Positions 20,930 to 31,900 of a stretch of DNA of 64,000 bases are shown one piece after another. The notes beneath the pieces were generated by a model that searched no databases, was not told the DNA's origin, and saw only the letters and a list, made by a program, of their open reading frames with translations. The DNA is taken from NCBI GenBank assembly GCA_000165345.1, contig CM000431.1, forward strand, positions 704,001 through 768,000, written 5' to 3'. The first letter of the stretch is position 1; each line of letters starts with the position of its first letter. Both the position numbers and the translations under genes were made by a program.

Positions 20930-20963
20930 TTTTTTTTTTTTTTTTTGCAATAATTTTTTTTTT
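20930..20963. repeat. Poly-T tracts (17 T, gcaataa, 10 T) immediately downstream of the PRP8 stop.
   Basis: Read directly. Likely a 3'-end/polyadenylation-region homopolymer. Confidence 0.7.
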
Positions 20964-21142
20964 CCGCTCCTATGAGTCATTTCATGCAACCTCGTATAAT
21001 TAACCACCCCACTTTCACTTGACCTTAAATGCCTCTTTATTAAACTAAAACTTTGAAAATATGATTAAAACTTGAAAATTGAGCCTATAGTATGGAATAA
21101 ATAATTGATGGTTTATTTATTTTTATTGAATTAAGTTGAAAG

Positions 21143-23041
21143 ATGCAGCAGATTCCTACCATACTAAAGAATTCAAAGTCTTGGTCAAATTCAACACAGA
21201 GATCTGAATATAACAAACATTCTAATAATTGGGTAGATTTTAATCTCAATGTTGAAAAACTGAATAATTGTTCGAATTCGAATTTTATTTACAAGTTTTT
21301 AAATACAGATCTTTCTAGGAACTATCATGGAAATTTGAATCATGCTGGATCAGAAAGATATCGGACAAAAAACGAAGGGGTAATTCAAAATTCATTGATA
21401 AAAGAAAATAAAGTTTCAAGACAAAAATTAGTCAATTCAAGGCCAGTTGAAATTGAATGCAAAACTTTACTTCCTAATTTATTTTCTGTGAATGGGCAAA
21501 AACATATTCCTTTTGACATTAATTTAAATCGATTTGATACTTTTGAAACTGAGAGTAAAAATTCTCATAAAAGCAAACCACAAATAATTAATAGGAAATT
21601 AGGAAACGATTTGAATTATTATAACACAAAAATTATTAACTCAAATCATTGCCCGAAGCTTGTACCAATAGCTTGTAATAATCTATTTCGTGCAACTTCT
21701 TTTTTAGAAGTCAAGCCAAATTTCAATAATTGCAACAATAACTCAAGTTTTTTGAGAAAAAATTCAAGTTTCATATCAGAGAATTATAGAAACAACGGTA
21801 TAAAATCGAATGTCAATGTGTCTTGTATTCAAGAAAAAAATTACAGTTCAAGTAATCTAACTAATAGTCAACAAAAAATTATTTATTCAGCAAATCAAGA
21901 AAATTCTTCGATATTGTTGAATAGCAAATCAAAAAATCTAAAAATGCCAAATTATTTCAGTTCTAAACTCTTTATAAGAAATCTTCCAAAAGTTTCAATT
22001 AATAATTTAAGTTCAAAGCCAATTTACCAAATAGATGGTCTTGAATCCAGTGATAATGGAATGGAAGTAAACTTGACGAGTATAAAGATGTTTTCAATAC
22101 TTGGATTTGGGTCAACCAGTTTAGTTTATTCAGCAGTTTGGAGAGGGACTGAAGTTGCCGTAAAAATATTGGGTAACTATGCAAAAAGTATTAAATCATC
22201 CGATTGTAATCACTTAAATCTAAGTATTAATAAAGCAATTAAACACATGGAAATTACCAAAAAGGATTGCCAACGTTACTTAGAATTTAGAAATGAGATT
22301 AGAATCATGAATCTGTTACGTCATCCAAATATTGTACAGTATATGGGAGGCAATATTAGTTCAAATCCGCCATTTTTGATATGTGAATTTTGCTCTGGAG
22401 GCACTCTTTTTAACTTATTACATGGAGACTCAAAAAAATGTTTAGGATCGAACAGTTTTTCTTTTTCTGGACCATCTGTTAACTTATCTTTGTACCAAAG
22501 AATAAAAATTCTGCAGGATATTGCTCGAGGGATTCATTTTTTGCACTCAGCAAATCCACCAATAATTCACAGGGATATTAAGTCACTAAATATTTTCTTA
22601 TCATTGCCAATTAAATCTAATGCTGACGTCCCAATTGCTAAAGTTGGAGATTTTGGCCTCTGTCAGCAATTATTCTCAGACAAAGGTTTTATAAATGGAT
22701 CTGGAAATTTGGTTGGTACATACCAATGGATGGCACCTGAGGTGTTAACAAGCCAAATCTACAACGAACATATAGATGTATATAGCTTTGGAATGATCAT
22801 GTATGAAGTTCTCTCAAACAGGACACCTTTTTTCGAATTAGGAGTTGATGTAAACCCAGAAATATTGGCTGATGAAATCATCAAAGGTATTAGACCTACA
22901 TTAAAGTATATAGTTAACGATGTACCTATCGAAATAAAAAACATAATGATTCGATGCTGGGACCCGCAACCTTCCAAGAGAGGGACGATGCTTGTAATAA
23001 TTAATGAATTACAGCATTTTATGGAAAAAATAGGGAATTAA
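21143..23041 (+). CDS. Protein kinase, TKL/tyrosine-kinase-like group, with an Asn/Ser-rich N-terminal half.
   Basis: C-terminal kinase domain: atypical Gly-loop LGFGSTSLVYSAVWRG, VAVK, catalytic HRDIKSLNIFL, VGDFGLCQ, GTYQWMAPEV, DVYSFGMIMYEVL, CWDPQPSKR. Confidence 0.8.
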   Translation: MQQIPTILKNSKSWSNSTQRSEYNKHSNNWVDFNLNVEKLNNCSNSNFIYKFLNTDLSRNYHGNLNHAGSERYRTKNEGVIQNSLIKENKVSRQKLVNSRPVEIECKTLLPNLFSVNGQKHIPFDINLNRFDTFETESKNSHKSKPQIINRKLGNDLNYYNTKIINSNHCPKLVPIACNNLFRATSFLEVKPNFNNCNNNSSFLRKNSSFISENYRNNGIKSNVNVSCIQEKNYSSSNLTNSQQKIIYSANQENSSILLNSKSKNLKMPNYFSSKLFIRNLPKVSINNLSSKPIYQIDGLESSDNGMEVNLTSIKMFSILGFGSTSLVYSAVWRGTEVAVKILGNYAKSIKSSDCNHLNLSINKAIKHMEITKKDCQRYLEFRNEIRIMNLLRHPNIVQYMGGNISSNPPFLICEFCSGGTLFNLLHGDSKKCLGSNSFSFSGPSVNLSLYQRIKILQDIARGIHFLHSANPPIIHRDIKSLNIFLSLPIKSNADVPIAKVGDFGLCQQLFSDKGFINGSGNLVGTYQWMAPEVLTSQIYNEHIDVYSFGMIMYEVLSNRTPFFELGVDVNPEILADEIIKGIRPTLKYIVNDVPIEIKNIMIRCWDPQPSKRGTMLVIINELQHFMEKIGN

Positions 23042-23090
23042 CTACGAGGAAAACTAATAAACTCGAGTTAACATTGGTTGGTTTAAAGAG

Positions 23091-23777
23091 TTAAAATGAA
23101 ACTATTTTTTCTAATTTCCTACTTAGATTAAGAATTGCTTGTTTATTCGTAGAAATGACATTTTCATTCAAACATTTAGATTTTAGAATAACTAGTATAT
23201 GGTCATTGGAATTATAATTAAAATTTATATCTTTGAATTCGGTTTGAACAAAAATCACCACCTCATCTGCTTTGAGAGGGTTAAAAGTACACAAATAACA
23301 GCTGATATAAAGCGTGTTGTAAAGCGTAGGGGGTGTTGAATTTAAAGAACCAATATTCAAATGCTGCATAATCTCCAATATTGATTTAGATGAAAAACAT
23401 TCAACCACTTTATTGACCTGTATAGTCGCTTTTTTATCTTTATCGCTTGTTAAAGCCATTTCCAAACTATTAGTTGTGGGTTCAATAATTGGTGTTTGGT
23501 ACGAAATGTTGACTAAGTCTTTGCTTTCTGTAGGATAAATATACTGTAATATACGAGCTTCTGCTTCAGTGTGTTTTTGCGCCTTTGTAAAGTCTAATTT
23601 TCTAGAAAAACAATGCGACTCCATAACATTAGGACACCATGTGTTCTCACGCCACTTAACAAGCTTAACTTCTACGCATAAGGATTTCAACAGGTCAAGA
23701 AGGTCCTCAAGTTGATTAATATTGACTCTACCTACTTTACTACATTCGATATAACTCATTTGTTTATCTAATAGCAA
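23091..23777 (-). CDS. Hypothetical protein (228 aa).
   Basis: Uninterrupted ORF. Start is 92 bp from the divergent ATG4 start. No motif recognised. Confidence 0.45.
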   Translation of the reverse strand: MLLDKQMSYIECSKVGRVNINQLEDLLDLLKSLCVEVKLVKWRENTWCPNVMESHCFSRKLDFTKAQKHTEAEARILQYIYPTESKDLVNISYQTPIIEPTTNSLEMALTSDKDKKATIQVNKVVECFSSKSILEIMQHLNIGSLNSTPPTLYNTLYISCYLCTFNPLKADEVVIFVQTEFKDINFNYNSNDHILVILKSKCLNENVISTNKQAILNLSRKLEKIVSF

Positions 23778-23869
23778 TAGATTATTAAAACATTTAAGGC
23801 AGCGCGGTAATTCAAATTAAGCTTACATTCAAACTTTGGTTCCAAAGTTTTAATTTAAAACATGAAATA

Positions 23870-24916
23870 ATGAATTTTGGAAGGACAATTTATTTTTCGA
23901 TCAGTTCATTCTTCAGAGAAATGACACAAAAGTTTCTCAGCGCTGAAGAAGAAATTTTTATGCTAAAAAATAAATTTGCACCAGAAGAAAAAAAATACTT
24001 CTTAAAAGAATTTCACGATATTATACTATTCACATACAGGAATGAATTTAAAAATATTATCATAACTAGAAATACAGTACAACTAACAAAAAATTATTCA
24101 AAAAATATAAACTCTGATGTCGGGTGGGGATGCATGTATAGAGTGACCCAAATGTCGATTGCTCACGGTATATGCCAATTTATGAAGAGGTTTCTGGGCA
24201 ATTTAAATATCGAAAAAATTTTGAATAACTTTCAAGATAATGAAAGTGCAAAATTTTCAATTCATAATATGGTAAATATTGGTCTGAGTGAATTCGGAAT
24301 TGATCCTACATCTTGGATTGGACCAACAACATCATCAATGATCGCAAATAAGCTAATAAATGATAATAGAAGCATTATATCTAATATTCAGATTGCGAGT
24401 ATTACCTACGTAGAAGGCACTATTTATAGGGATCAAGCGGTTAAACACTTTTCAGAAGTGGGTTCAGATAGCTGTACTTTTGTATGGCTTTGCATGAAGT
24501 TGGGTACGTCCAAATTCAATATTAACTCATATAAGAAAACAGTAATTTCAATGAGTAATGTCTCACAGTTCATATGTATTATGGGAGGTAATAATTATTC
24601 GTCAGGGGCTTTATTAATTGTTGCATTTAGCAATTCCTTTTTGTATTGCTTAGATCCGCATATTAAAGTACTTCCATCATTTTCCGATAAAAACTTTATT
24701 AGGGATGACTTTATTCAAAAAGTTCCGACAAGGATTTATTGGGGGGAACTGAATTCATCTTTATCCATGGTTTATATTTGCCGAAACCTTGAAGATTTTG
24801 ATGATTTGTGCAGCAATTTAACTAGAATTAATTCTGATTTATTTGAAGTTATAAATAATTGTGATTTTGAAGTAAAGAGTATAAATGAATTAGATTCTGG
24901 TTTTTTAGTAGTATAA
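23870..24916 (+). CDS. ATG4: Autophagy cysteine protease ATG4 (peptidase C54).
   Basis: Catalytic-Cys block NSDVGWGCMYRVTQMSIAHG (nt ~24121-24150) matches D.GWGCMLR.GQM. Downstream YCLDPHIKV matches the catalytic His region (LDPH). Size 348 aa fits. Confidence 0.75.
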   Translation: MNFGRTIYFSISSFFREMTQKFLSAEEEIFMLKNKFAPEEKKYFLKEFHDIILFTYRNEFKNIIITRNTVQLTKNYSKNINSDVGWGCMYRVTQMSIAHGICQFMKRFLGNLNIEKILNNFQDNESAKFSIHNMVNIGLSEFGIDPTSWIGPTTSSMIANKLINDNRSIISNIQIASITYVEGTIYRDQAVKHFSEVGSDSCTFVWLCMKLGTSKFNINSYKKTVISMSNVSQFICIMGGNNYSSGALLIVAFSNSFLYCLDPHIKVLPSFSDKNFIRDDFIQKVPTRIYWGELNSSLSMVYICRNLEDFDDLCSNLTRINSDLFEVINNCDFEVKSINELDSGFLVV

Positions 24917-24934
24917 TACCTTAAATTGCCAGCT

Positions 24935-26209
24935 TTAAAAAATGGGGATTGAACCTATTATTTCCAGATTAGTTATCAAATAGGGGTATTCCAGACCAGG
25001 AACATTGGCATTTGGATGAGGAGTTACTTTGATTGAATATTGTAACTCTTTGATATCGTCTATGGAACCGGAAATTATTCTTCCATTAGAGTCTTGCAAG
25101 CAATTAATTTGTTGCGTTTTAAATGTAAACATAAATTCCGGTTGATTTGTTTGTATTTTACAATCCTTAAAAGAAAACATTAAATCTGAGATTTCTGCTC
25201 CTATCAGCTCTACATTTCCTAATTGAAGAATTTTTGTATTTAAGCAAAGCCCCATCTTTTTAAGTTTTTCAATGTTTGAGCAAAGTTGTCTATATGCTAC
25301 ATCCCCACAATGCAATCTCAGCTTGTGCTCGTCGCATTTAAGATATGATTCCATGAATTTTGGGAGAATGTATTCTTCAAAAAATGACATAAAGTCAGTT
25401 AATTTAAAATTTGGATTGATTGCCTTCATTTCTTTAACGACTTTAGATATTTTATTTCCATTATATATAGTTTTAAAATATTCACTTTCAAATATATTTT
25501 TCAATAATAACATATCCTTAAGTTTTACGCCGAGCCTGTTCCGTAAAGAATAATTGTGTAGCACAACAGAATTTTCTACTATTGGAACTATAGTTTTGCC
25601 TTCAATATTCTTATTTATAATTTTCTTATTGCTAGTTTTAATTTCACTGTTACTTTCTTTATTACAATCTGACTTCCAACTCGAAAGCTCTCTTTCTATC
25701 ACATTCCTATTGGTTTCATCATAGAATAAAACTTTTATTATTTCTATGTGCCTTGAAAAAAGGTTACTTGAAAGGAATCGAGAGAAAATTGAAGAAATTT
25801 TAGCTGTAAAAAATTTAATATGGGATAAAAATCTATTAATTTTATACAATTCTGCAATATTTATGAAATAAACCGAAGAATAGAAATTTATAAATGGTAA
25901 ATTACTGTAAAACTTGAAATATAAATTATCAAATTTTTTCTTCAAAAGTGCAATATCATCCTGTAGTATTTTGTCACTCTTAATTTCATTTTTTAATTGT
26001 GAAACAAATTTATTAAAATATGAATTAAATGTTGAATAACATCTTCGTTTTCTAAAATTTAAATTATTAAGTTGAGTGAAATGCATATAATATTTGTTGC
26101 TCTGATAAAACAAGAAAATATTTCTGCATATAGAAATATCCTGTCGAAGGTTGTATCTCAAGCTATTTATGCAAACTTTTGTTAAGGCATTGCTACTAAG
26201 CCCTTCCAT
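24935..26209 (-). CDS. Tim44-like domain protein (mitochondrial/mitosomal inner-membrane import motor tether; Tim44/MRPL45/Mba1 fold).
   Basis: C-terminal ~150 aa (FMSFFEEYILPKFMESYLKCDEHKLRLHCGDVAYRQLCSNIEKLKKMGLCLNTKILQLGNVELIGAEISD…FMFTFKTQQINCLQDSNGRIISGSIDDIKELQYSIKV…) parallels the Tim44 C-domain pattern (…VLEAY.KGD…L…CSE..Y..L…GL…D..ILDI.NVDL…G…F…F.AQ.I.CVRD..G.VVEG…I….YVW). Basic N-terminus. Confidence 0.55.
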   Translation of the reverse strand: MEGLSSNALTKVCINSLRYNLRQDISICRNIFLFYQSNKYYMHFTQLNNLNFRKRRCYSTFNSYFNKFVSQLKNEIKSDKILQDDIALLKKKFDNLYFKFYSNLPFINFYSSVYFINIAELYKINRFLSHIKFFTAKISSIFSRFLSSNLFSRHIEIIKVLFYDETNRNVIERELSSWKSDCNKESNSEIKTSNKKIINKNIEGKTIVPIVENSVVLHNYSLRNRLGVKLKDMLLLKNIFESEYFKTIYNGNKISKVVKEMKAINPNFKLTDFMSFFEEYILPKFMESYLKCDEHKLRLHCGDVAYRQLCSNIEKLKKMGLCLNTKILQLGNVELIGAEISDLMFSFKDCKIQTNQPEFMFTFKTQQINCLQDSNGRIISGSIDDIKELQYSIKVTPHPNANVPGLEYPYLITNLEIIGSIPIF

Positions 26210-26394
26210 TAATAAATATTAATGTCTAAAATATATGAAGTATTACAAATAAATCTAAGAACATTAATTTTTTTGGATTGATTTCATTGAAATATAATAA
26301 GATAAATTTCAACCTGAGCATTAATTTAAAAACTAAATAAATATACCGCTGTGTATAATGAGCTTGTAAAGAAATACCTTATTTTTTTTTTTTA

Positions 26395-27792
26395 ATGAAA
26401 AGAAAAGATAAAAATGAAATTATAAATACGAATTACATTGCAAGTAAGCCTTGGTTAGCTGAGGAGGTTAATAATAGACTAAAAGAAAGAGACAATATCT
26501 TTAATGTTTGTGAAGATGAGTTTGAAAGTAATAAATGGTTTCAATTAATGAACAAATTTTCTAAATATGGAGAAATAACTAGAGGGAACAAAATAAAATT
26601 ATTTGAAAATAGCCGGGATTCATACTTGTCGATGATTGAAAGTATCGATTCAGCGAAAAAGAGAGTATGGTTTGAAACATATATCTTTGAGGAATGCGAA
26701 ACTGGAGAAAAATTTGTTGATTCGTTTTGTGAAGCATCACAAAGAGGATGCGAAGTTATTTTACTACTAGACGCTTTTGGTAGCTCTAAATTCCCGAAAA
26801 GATGGGAACAAAAGTTACTAAAAAATAATGTGAAGGTTATATGGTTTAATCCCATTTCTCAAATTTTTAAGGATACCTTTTTATTCAGGAATCACAGAAA
26901 GTTATTAATTGCTGATGAAAAGGCATATTGCGGATCAATTAATATTACTAACCGAATTAATGATTCATCGTTGAATGACGAAGCTAATATCAAAAATTAC
27001 AACATAATTTGTAACTCGGCGTATAAAAAACTAATTTTTTTATTTAAACAAGTAATTTATTCAATTTCACCAATAAAGGTTAATAAGCTTTGTTTCTACG
27101 ATGTACACGCGGAGATAGAAGGCCCTGCAACTTACGATCTCGGAAAAGTTTTTATCGACTCACTCAAAGAATCTAAATGTGGACAAATTCCAATAATATT
27201 CCAGAGACCGAAGGAAATCAAGAATGGCACTATATTACAGGTACTATACAGTAATACAAGAAGGCAGCATAGAGGAATTCAAAATGTTTTAAATATTGCA
27301 ACAAAAAATTCAAATAGTTATATTTATCTCACAACTTCTTATTTTTTTCCTCCAAGTTTTCTACGTAGAGCCATTCAAACTGCAATTAATAATAATGTAA
27401 AAGTTTCGATGTTGTTATCAGGTAGATCCGATATTCCAGGAGATACAATTGCAACAAAGTATTTAATCAAAAGGTTTATTCAAAACAATGTAAGATTTTT
27501 TTTTACAAGAAATATTCACTGTCACGCTAAATACATTACAATAGATGGGATATGGTCATCTTTTGGAAGTTTTAACTGGGACGGGTTTTCTGCGAATCGA
27601 AATTTGGAAGTTTCTGTAGCGTCATTCGATTCAAAGATTGCAAGCCAGTTAATGAAAATGCACTCAAAAATGACGCATTCATTTCAAAGTACAGAACAAA
27701 CAATAAATCAATGGAATGAGCAGTCTAGGCTCACCAGAGTTTGCTCAAAAGCTGCATATATGCTTATCAAATTTGTAAATAAGTATTTGTAA
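26395..27792 (+). CDS. PLD-superfamily phospholipid synthase with two HKD motifs, i.e. a PLD-type cardiolipin synthase (CLS_pld) or PGP synthase of the cardiolipin pathway.
   Basis: HKD1 NHRKLLIADEKAYCGSINITNRI (nt ~26890-26960) and HKD2 HCHAKYITIDGIWSSFGSFNWDGFSANRN (nt ~27516-27600). N-terminal region (…KIKLFENSRDSYLSMIESIDSAKKRVWFETYIFEE…GEKFVDSFCEASQRGCEVILLLDAFGS) matches the first PLD repeat of bacterial-type Cls. Confidence 0.7.
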   Translation: MKRKDKNEIINTNYIASKPWLAEEVNNRLKERDNIFNVCEDEFESNKWFQLMNKFSKYGEITRGNKIKLFENSRDSYLSMIESIDSAKKRVWFETYIFEECETGEKFVDSFCEASQRGCEVILLLDAFGSSKFPKRWEQKLLKNNVKVIWFNPISQIFKDTFLFRNHRKLLIADEKAYCGSINITNRINDSSLNDEANIKNYNIICNSAYKKLIFLFKQVIYSISPIKVNKLCFYDVHAEIEGPATYDLGKVFIDSLKESKCGQIPIIFQRPKEIKNGTILQVLYSNTRRQHRGIQNVLNIATKNSNSYIYLTTSYFFPPSFLRRAIQTAINNNVKVSMLLSGRSDIPGDTIATKYLIKRFIQNNVRFFFTRNIHCHAKYITIDGIWSSFGSFNWDGFSANRNLEVSVASFDSKIASQLMKMHSKMTHSFQSTEQTINQWNEQSRLTRVCSKAAYMLIKFVNKYL

Positions 27793-27820
27793 CAATATTT
27801 TACAAACTTCAACTGTTATA

Positions 27821-27852
27821 TTTTTGCGCGCATAAAATTGCGCCATTTGGGA
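27821..27852. promoter_or_regulatory. Paired E2F-like elements (TTTTTGCGCGC … TTGCGCCATTTGGG) about 50-80 bp upstream of the KRR1 start codon.
   Basis: Sequence tttttgcgcgcataaaattgcgccatttggg read directly. GCGC cores resemble the E2F/DP TTTGGCGC family. Confidence 0.4.
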
Positions 27853-27898
27853 GGTCATATTTTACATTACCAATAATTTTAGGTTTAGTATTAATTGA

Positions 27899-28975
27899 AT
27901 GTTAGAGATGAGTGTAGGTACTCCAATGGAAAATCAAGAGATTATTTCTAAAAAAAGAAGGTATAGAAAGGATAAGCCGTGGGATACCGATGATATTGAT
28001 CACTGGAACGTTCCTAAATTAACACCTGAAGATAATCCTCATGGACTTTTAGAAGAAAGTAGTTTTGCAGTGCTATTTCCAAAATATCGTGAAAAATATT
28101 TACGTGATATTTGGCCAGATATACGTAATGCCCTGAAAGCCCATCATATTAAATGCGAGCTTGATTTAGTAGAAGGATCTATTACTGTAAGAACGACAGG
28201 CAAGACTTGGGACCCGTTTATTATTATACGCGCTAGAGATATGGTAAAGCTCTTATCAAGAAGCGTACCATTTCACCAAGCAGTTCGAATTCTAGGTGAG
28301 GGGGAGGATGATAACAATCTTGGCTGTGACATAATAAAAATCGGGCATAGGAATAAGGAGAAGATGGTTAAAAGACGTCAGAGACTAGTAGGCCCAAATG
28401 GATCTACATTAAAAGCTATTGAATTGCTAACAAATTGCTACGTGTTAGTTCAAGGTCAAACAGTTAGTGTAATTGGGTCATATAAAAGCTTAAAGCTCGT
28501 GCGCCGAATAGTAGAAGATTGTATGAATAATATACACCCAGTCTACCATATCAAAGAACTCATGATAAAGAGAGAATTAGAAAAAGATGAAAGATTAAGA
28601 GGAGAAAATTGGGATCGGTTTTTACCAAAATTTAAAAACAAATGTGTAAAGAGGAAGGTGAAGAAACAAATTAAAAAGAAAAACAAGTCAATATTCCCAC
28701 CTGAGCCTACTCCTAGAAAAGAAGATATGTTACTCGAAACTGGTGAGTACTTTTATAGTGAATTGGAAAGAAAAGCTAAACAAATTAAAGAAAGAATATC
28801 TGAGCAAAAAGAGAAAAAAAATGAAAAACATATGGAAAGAGAAAAGATGTATATTCCTCCGAATGAAAAATTGTTTTTAAAAAATAAAACAAGTAACCAA
28901 AACGAAATTAATTATAAAACTTTTGGGCAGAATTCCGAGAAATACAAGAATAATTTATCAAATTTTGTTGTTTAG
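27899..28975 (+). CDS. KRR1: KRR1 small-subunit processome component (KH-domain ribosome biogenesis factor).
   Basis: Near-collinear with KRR1 over ~250 aa: [13 protein letters not shown]…[17 protein letters not shown]…[23 protein letters not shown]…CDIIKIG…[36 protein letters not shown]…[16 protein letters not shown]…WDRFLPKFK, then a Lys-rich tail. Confidence 0.85.
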   Translation: MLEMSVGTPMENQEIISKKRRYRKDKPWDTDDIDHWNVPKLTPEDNPHGLLEESSFAVLFPKYREKYLRDIWPDIRNALKAHHIKCELDLVEGSITVRTTGKTWDPFIIIRARDMVKLLSRSVPFHQAVRILGEGEDDNNLGCDIIKIGHRNKEKMVKRRQRLVGPNGSTLKAIELLTNCYVLVQGQTVSVIGSYKSLKLVRRIVEDCMNNIHPVYHIKELMIKRELEKDERLRGENWDRFLPKFKNKCVKRKVKKQIKKKNKSIFPPEPTPRKEDMLLETGEYFYSELERKAKQIKERISEQKEKKNEKHMEREKMYIPPNEKLFLKNKTSNQNEINYKTFGQNSEKYKNNLSNFVV

Positions 28976-28981
28976 ATTGGA

Positions 28982-31900
28982 CTAGGACTTCAACTGATCA
29001 ATTAATTCTTGAACAATATTTGTTGACTTATACTTTTTGCTCAATTTGATAATTACTTCTTTAATGTAATTATATATTTCTTTTTTACTTAATTCGTGGT
29101 TGTTTGCTCGATTCTCTAACAAACTAATTTGCTCTACTATTGCAGATTCAGATTTAACCTGCCCAGATAGAAACTTAATGATTAGTGGAATAATAGCTTC
29201 AATTTTATAGAACTCGATGCATCTTCTAATTATTCTAACTGACTCTGTACTATATATATTTTTGTATTTATTAACGATAAACTCATATACTTGTGTAGCC
29301 TTAATTGACTCCATTAAGTATATTTCCTCTACCTGAGATTTTCTCTTGAAATCAATTAGTTCATCCAATTGAGCTCCAATTTCAAAAAAAAGTTTTGAAT
29401 TATTTGTTTTAATTAATTCATTTGAAAGAGCTGAAGCCAATATGTTTGAATTTGTTGAATATATTAAATAAGGAAGCATATTGAAGCTATCTTTTTTATC
29501 AATTATTACTTTTATTATTTTTTCCCTGTTCATAGAAAATAATGCATAATGCAAATCTACCGGATTCACGTATGAAAATAGTAATTCAATTATTGCAACA
29601 TCAAATATACTATTGACTTCATAAATGTCAAAGTTCTTATCACGCATAATCGACGAGAGCTTACATCTTTTCTCTAGACTATTTATTTTATTATTTTCAG
29701 AAATATCCTTGATCAAATTTGTGAAAAATGATAAAATATTATTTATCAATCTTCGATCATTTTCCTTAGAAAAAGAATTCAAGCTTTCAATTAACTTTTT
29801 TAAATTTAGAATAGAGTTGATTAGCTCAATTATTGCATTTAATAGTTCAAACACTTCAATGAAGGGGATGACTGGGCATGTATTAAATATCTTAGAAAGA
29901 ATGGGGATAATAAATCGTTTATTTGGTAAATTATAAAGCAAGTTGTTATTGTAAACGCATTCTTTTTTATCTTTTCCATTTTGTGCATATTTATTAATTA
30001 GGTTTGAAATGTACTCAACCGTATTTTTGAGTAAAAATATCGGATCTAAAACTAACAAATTCCATACATCAATGATTGATTTATTAATTTTAACTTTATA
30101 TATATATCCGCTAATATATGCTGCAAAAATTAAATTGCTGAATATTTTTACATCATTTTCGTCAAAAAGCTGCAAATATAAATTTTTTATTGTGTTTGAA
30201 AATAGGTTTGAATCGTAGATTCCAAAATCTAAACAAAGTTTTGTGATTAAATATAATATTTGGTTTAATTTCTTATCAACACTTTGACATCGAGTATTAG
30301 AGCTGAGATATAAAGCGTTTGAATATTCATTCTCTTTACCGACTATACATCTTACCTTTCTTTTTCTATTTTCATCTTTAAGAAATTCAGCATCTTTTGT
30401 ATCTTCAATTTGGTCAAGGTGTATCTGATTTGGCTTTAACAATTTATAGGAATCCTTTCTATTATTAAACTCCCTCCAAAGAGATCTGGCCAATCCAACC
30501 TTTTCAGATAAATAAAACTTGCTAAAATCTTGTGGAATGTGCAATTCATTAAAGTAAATCATATAGTAATTGTGAAGCCATATAACTTGCAGATCATCAT
30601 ACTTTGGGTATCTCTTTTGAATGTTTTTGATAGAGGCAATTTGAAATAGAGTTTTTAAAGCATTGCACTTAGTTGAATAGCTATAATTCGATGAGTTTTT
30701 AAACGAAATAGATAACAAAAGTATTATTGCATCGTTCAAAGATATTCCTCCGCAAATGAATGAGATCCTATCAATATAGGTGCAGTCATAAACCTTTGAG
30801 TTGAGTGATTGTATTCTGTACCAGTGATCAAATCCTGTAATTATTCCAGAACTTTCAATATCTTTAAAAATATCTTTTATAGTTGGAAATTTATTTTTTA
30901 AAGCTTCATAAGGCGTTTCAAATGGCTTGCTTAAGAGATTCTTAATTATTCTCACTCTGATTTTTCTTATATCAGAAGAATATACGCTTGATATTTCATC
31001 AATAAAAAAATTAAAATTTTCTTTCAGCGTAAAATTTGAAGAGCCAGGAGATTTTTCTATAGAATTTTTCCTACTAAAACTATAAATTTCTCGTTCTGGT
31101 TTAGGATCAATACAAAAAGATTGACAAACTGATTCCTGTAATTTGTTCCTAAATTTCCAGTAAATTCCTTCTGAAATAAGCGGTGTAAGATAGTAGTATA
31201 AAGAACTGATGAAAATATTAATGTCATTTGTCTCTTCTATAAGTTTTGAAAAAATGATGTCTAATTTATGTTTTTTTAAAATAAGCTTTGATGAAATTAG
31301 GCTTTTTTTTGATTTTAAGTAGTTTTCAATATTTATGATGACTTCGTTAAATCTGTTATATAATAAGAATTCCATGTTTATGATTGGATACCCTTTCTTT
31401 AATTCGACTCTTGCAATTGATCCTGATTTTCTTTCGCACCACTCTATTAATTTAATCTTTGTTTTTGAAAGGGGAATCTCGTCGATAACAAGTAAAACTA
31501 TTGCAATGCCAGCTTCCAAATCAACTGAAGCAATTGATTCAATATATCTCAATAAAATTTTGTCACTCTCCACTAGTTTAAAGCAATATTCTTGAAATTC
31601 ATTTGATTCCGTTTTTAATAAATTATTTTCCGATAGATATTTATACTTTCTGCACAATACAATATTCCAGACAAATTGAATATCAATTGATATATTCTTT
31701 ATGCCCAAATATTCTGACATTTTCTTTATCTTATATATAGTCTCGTCATTTATTTCATATTTTAATGCATTTATCGGATGTTTAATGAGATAATGGAAAG
31801 GAATTCTATATTTATTAGATTCCACTTTAAAATTAACTTTTTTACCCAACTCAATATTTCCATTAATACGCTCGGCTTCATTTTTAATGAATAGTTTTTC

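Noticed and set aside
23091-23777. Assigning the 228-aa protein to Mediator Med20 or another small-complex subunit by size and position.
   Set aside because: No motif could be matched from memory. Left as hypothetical.
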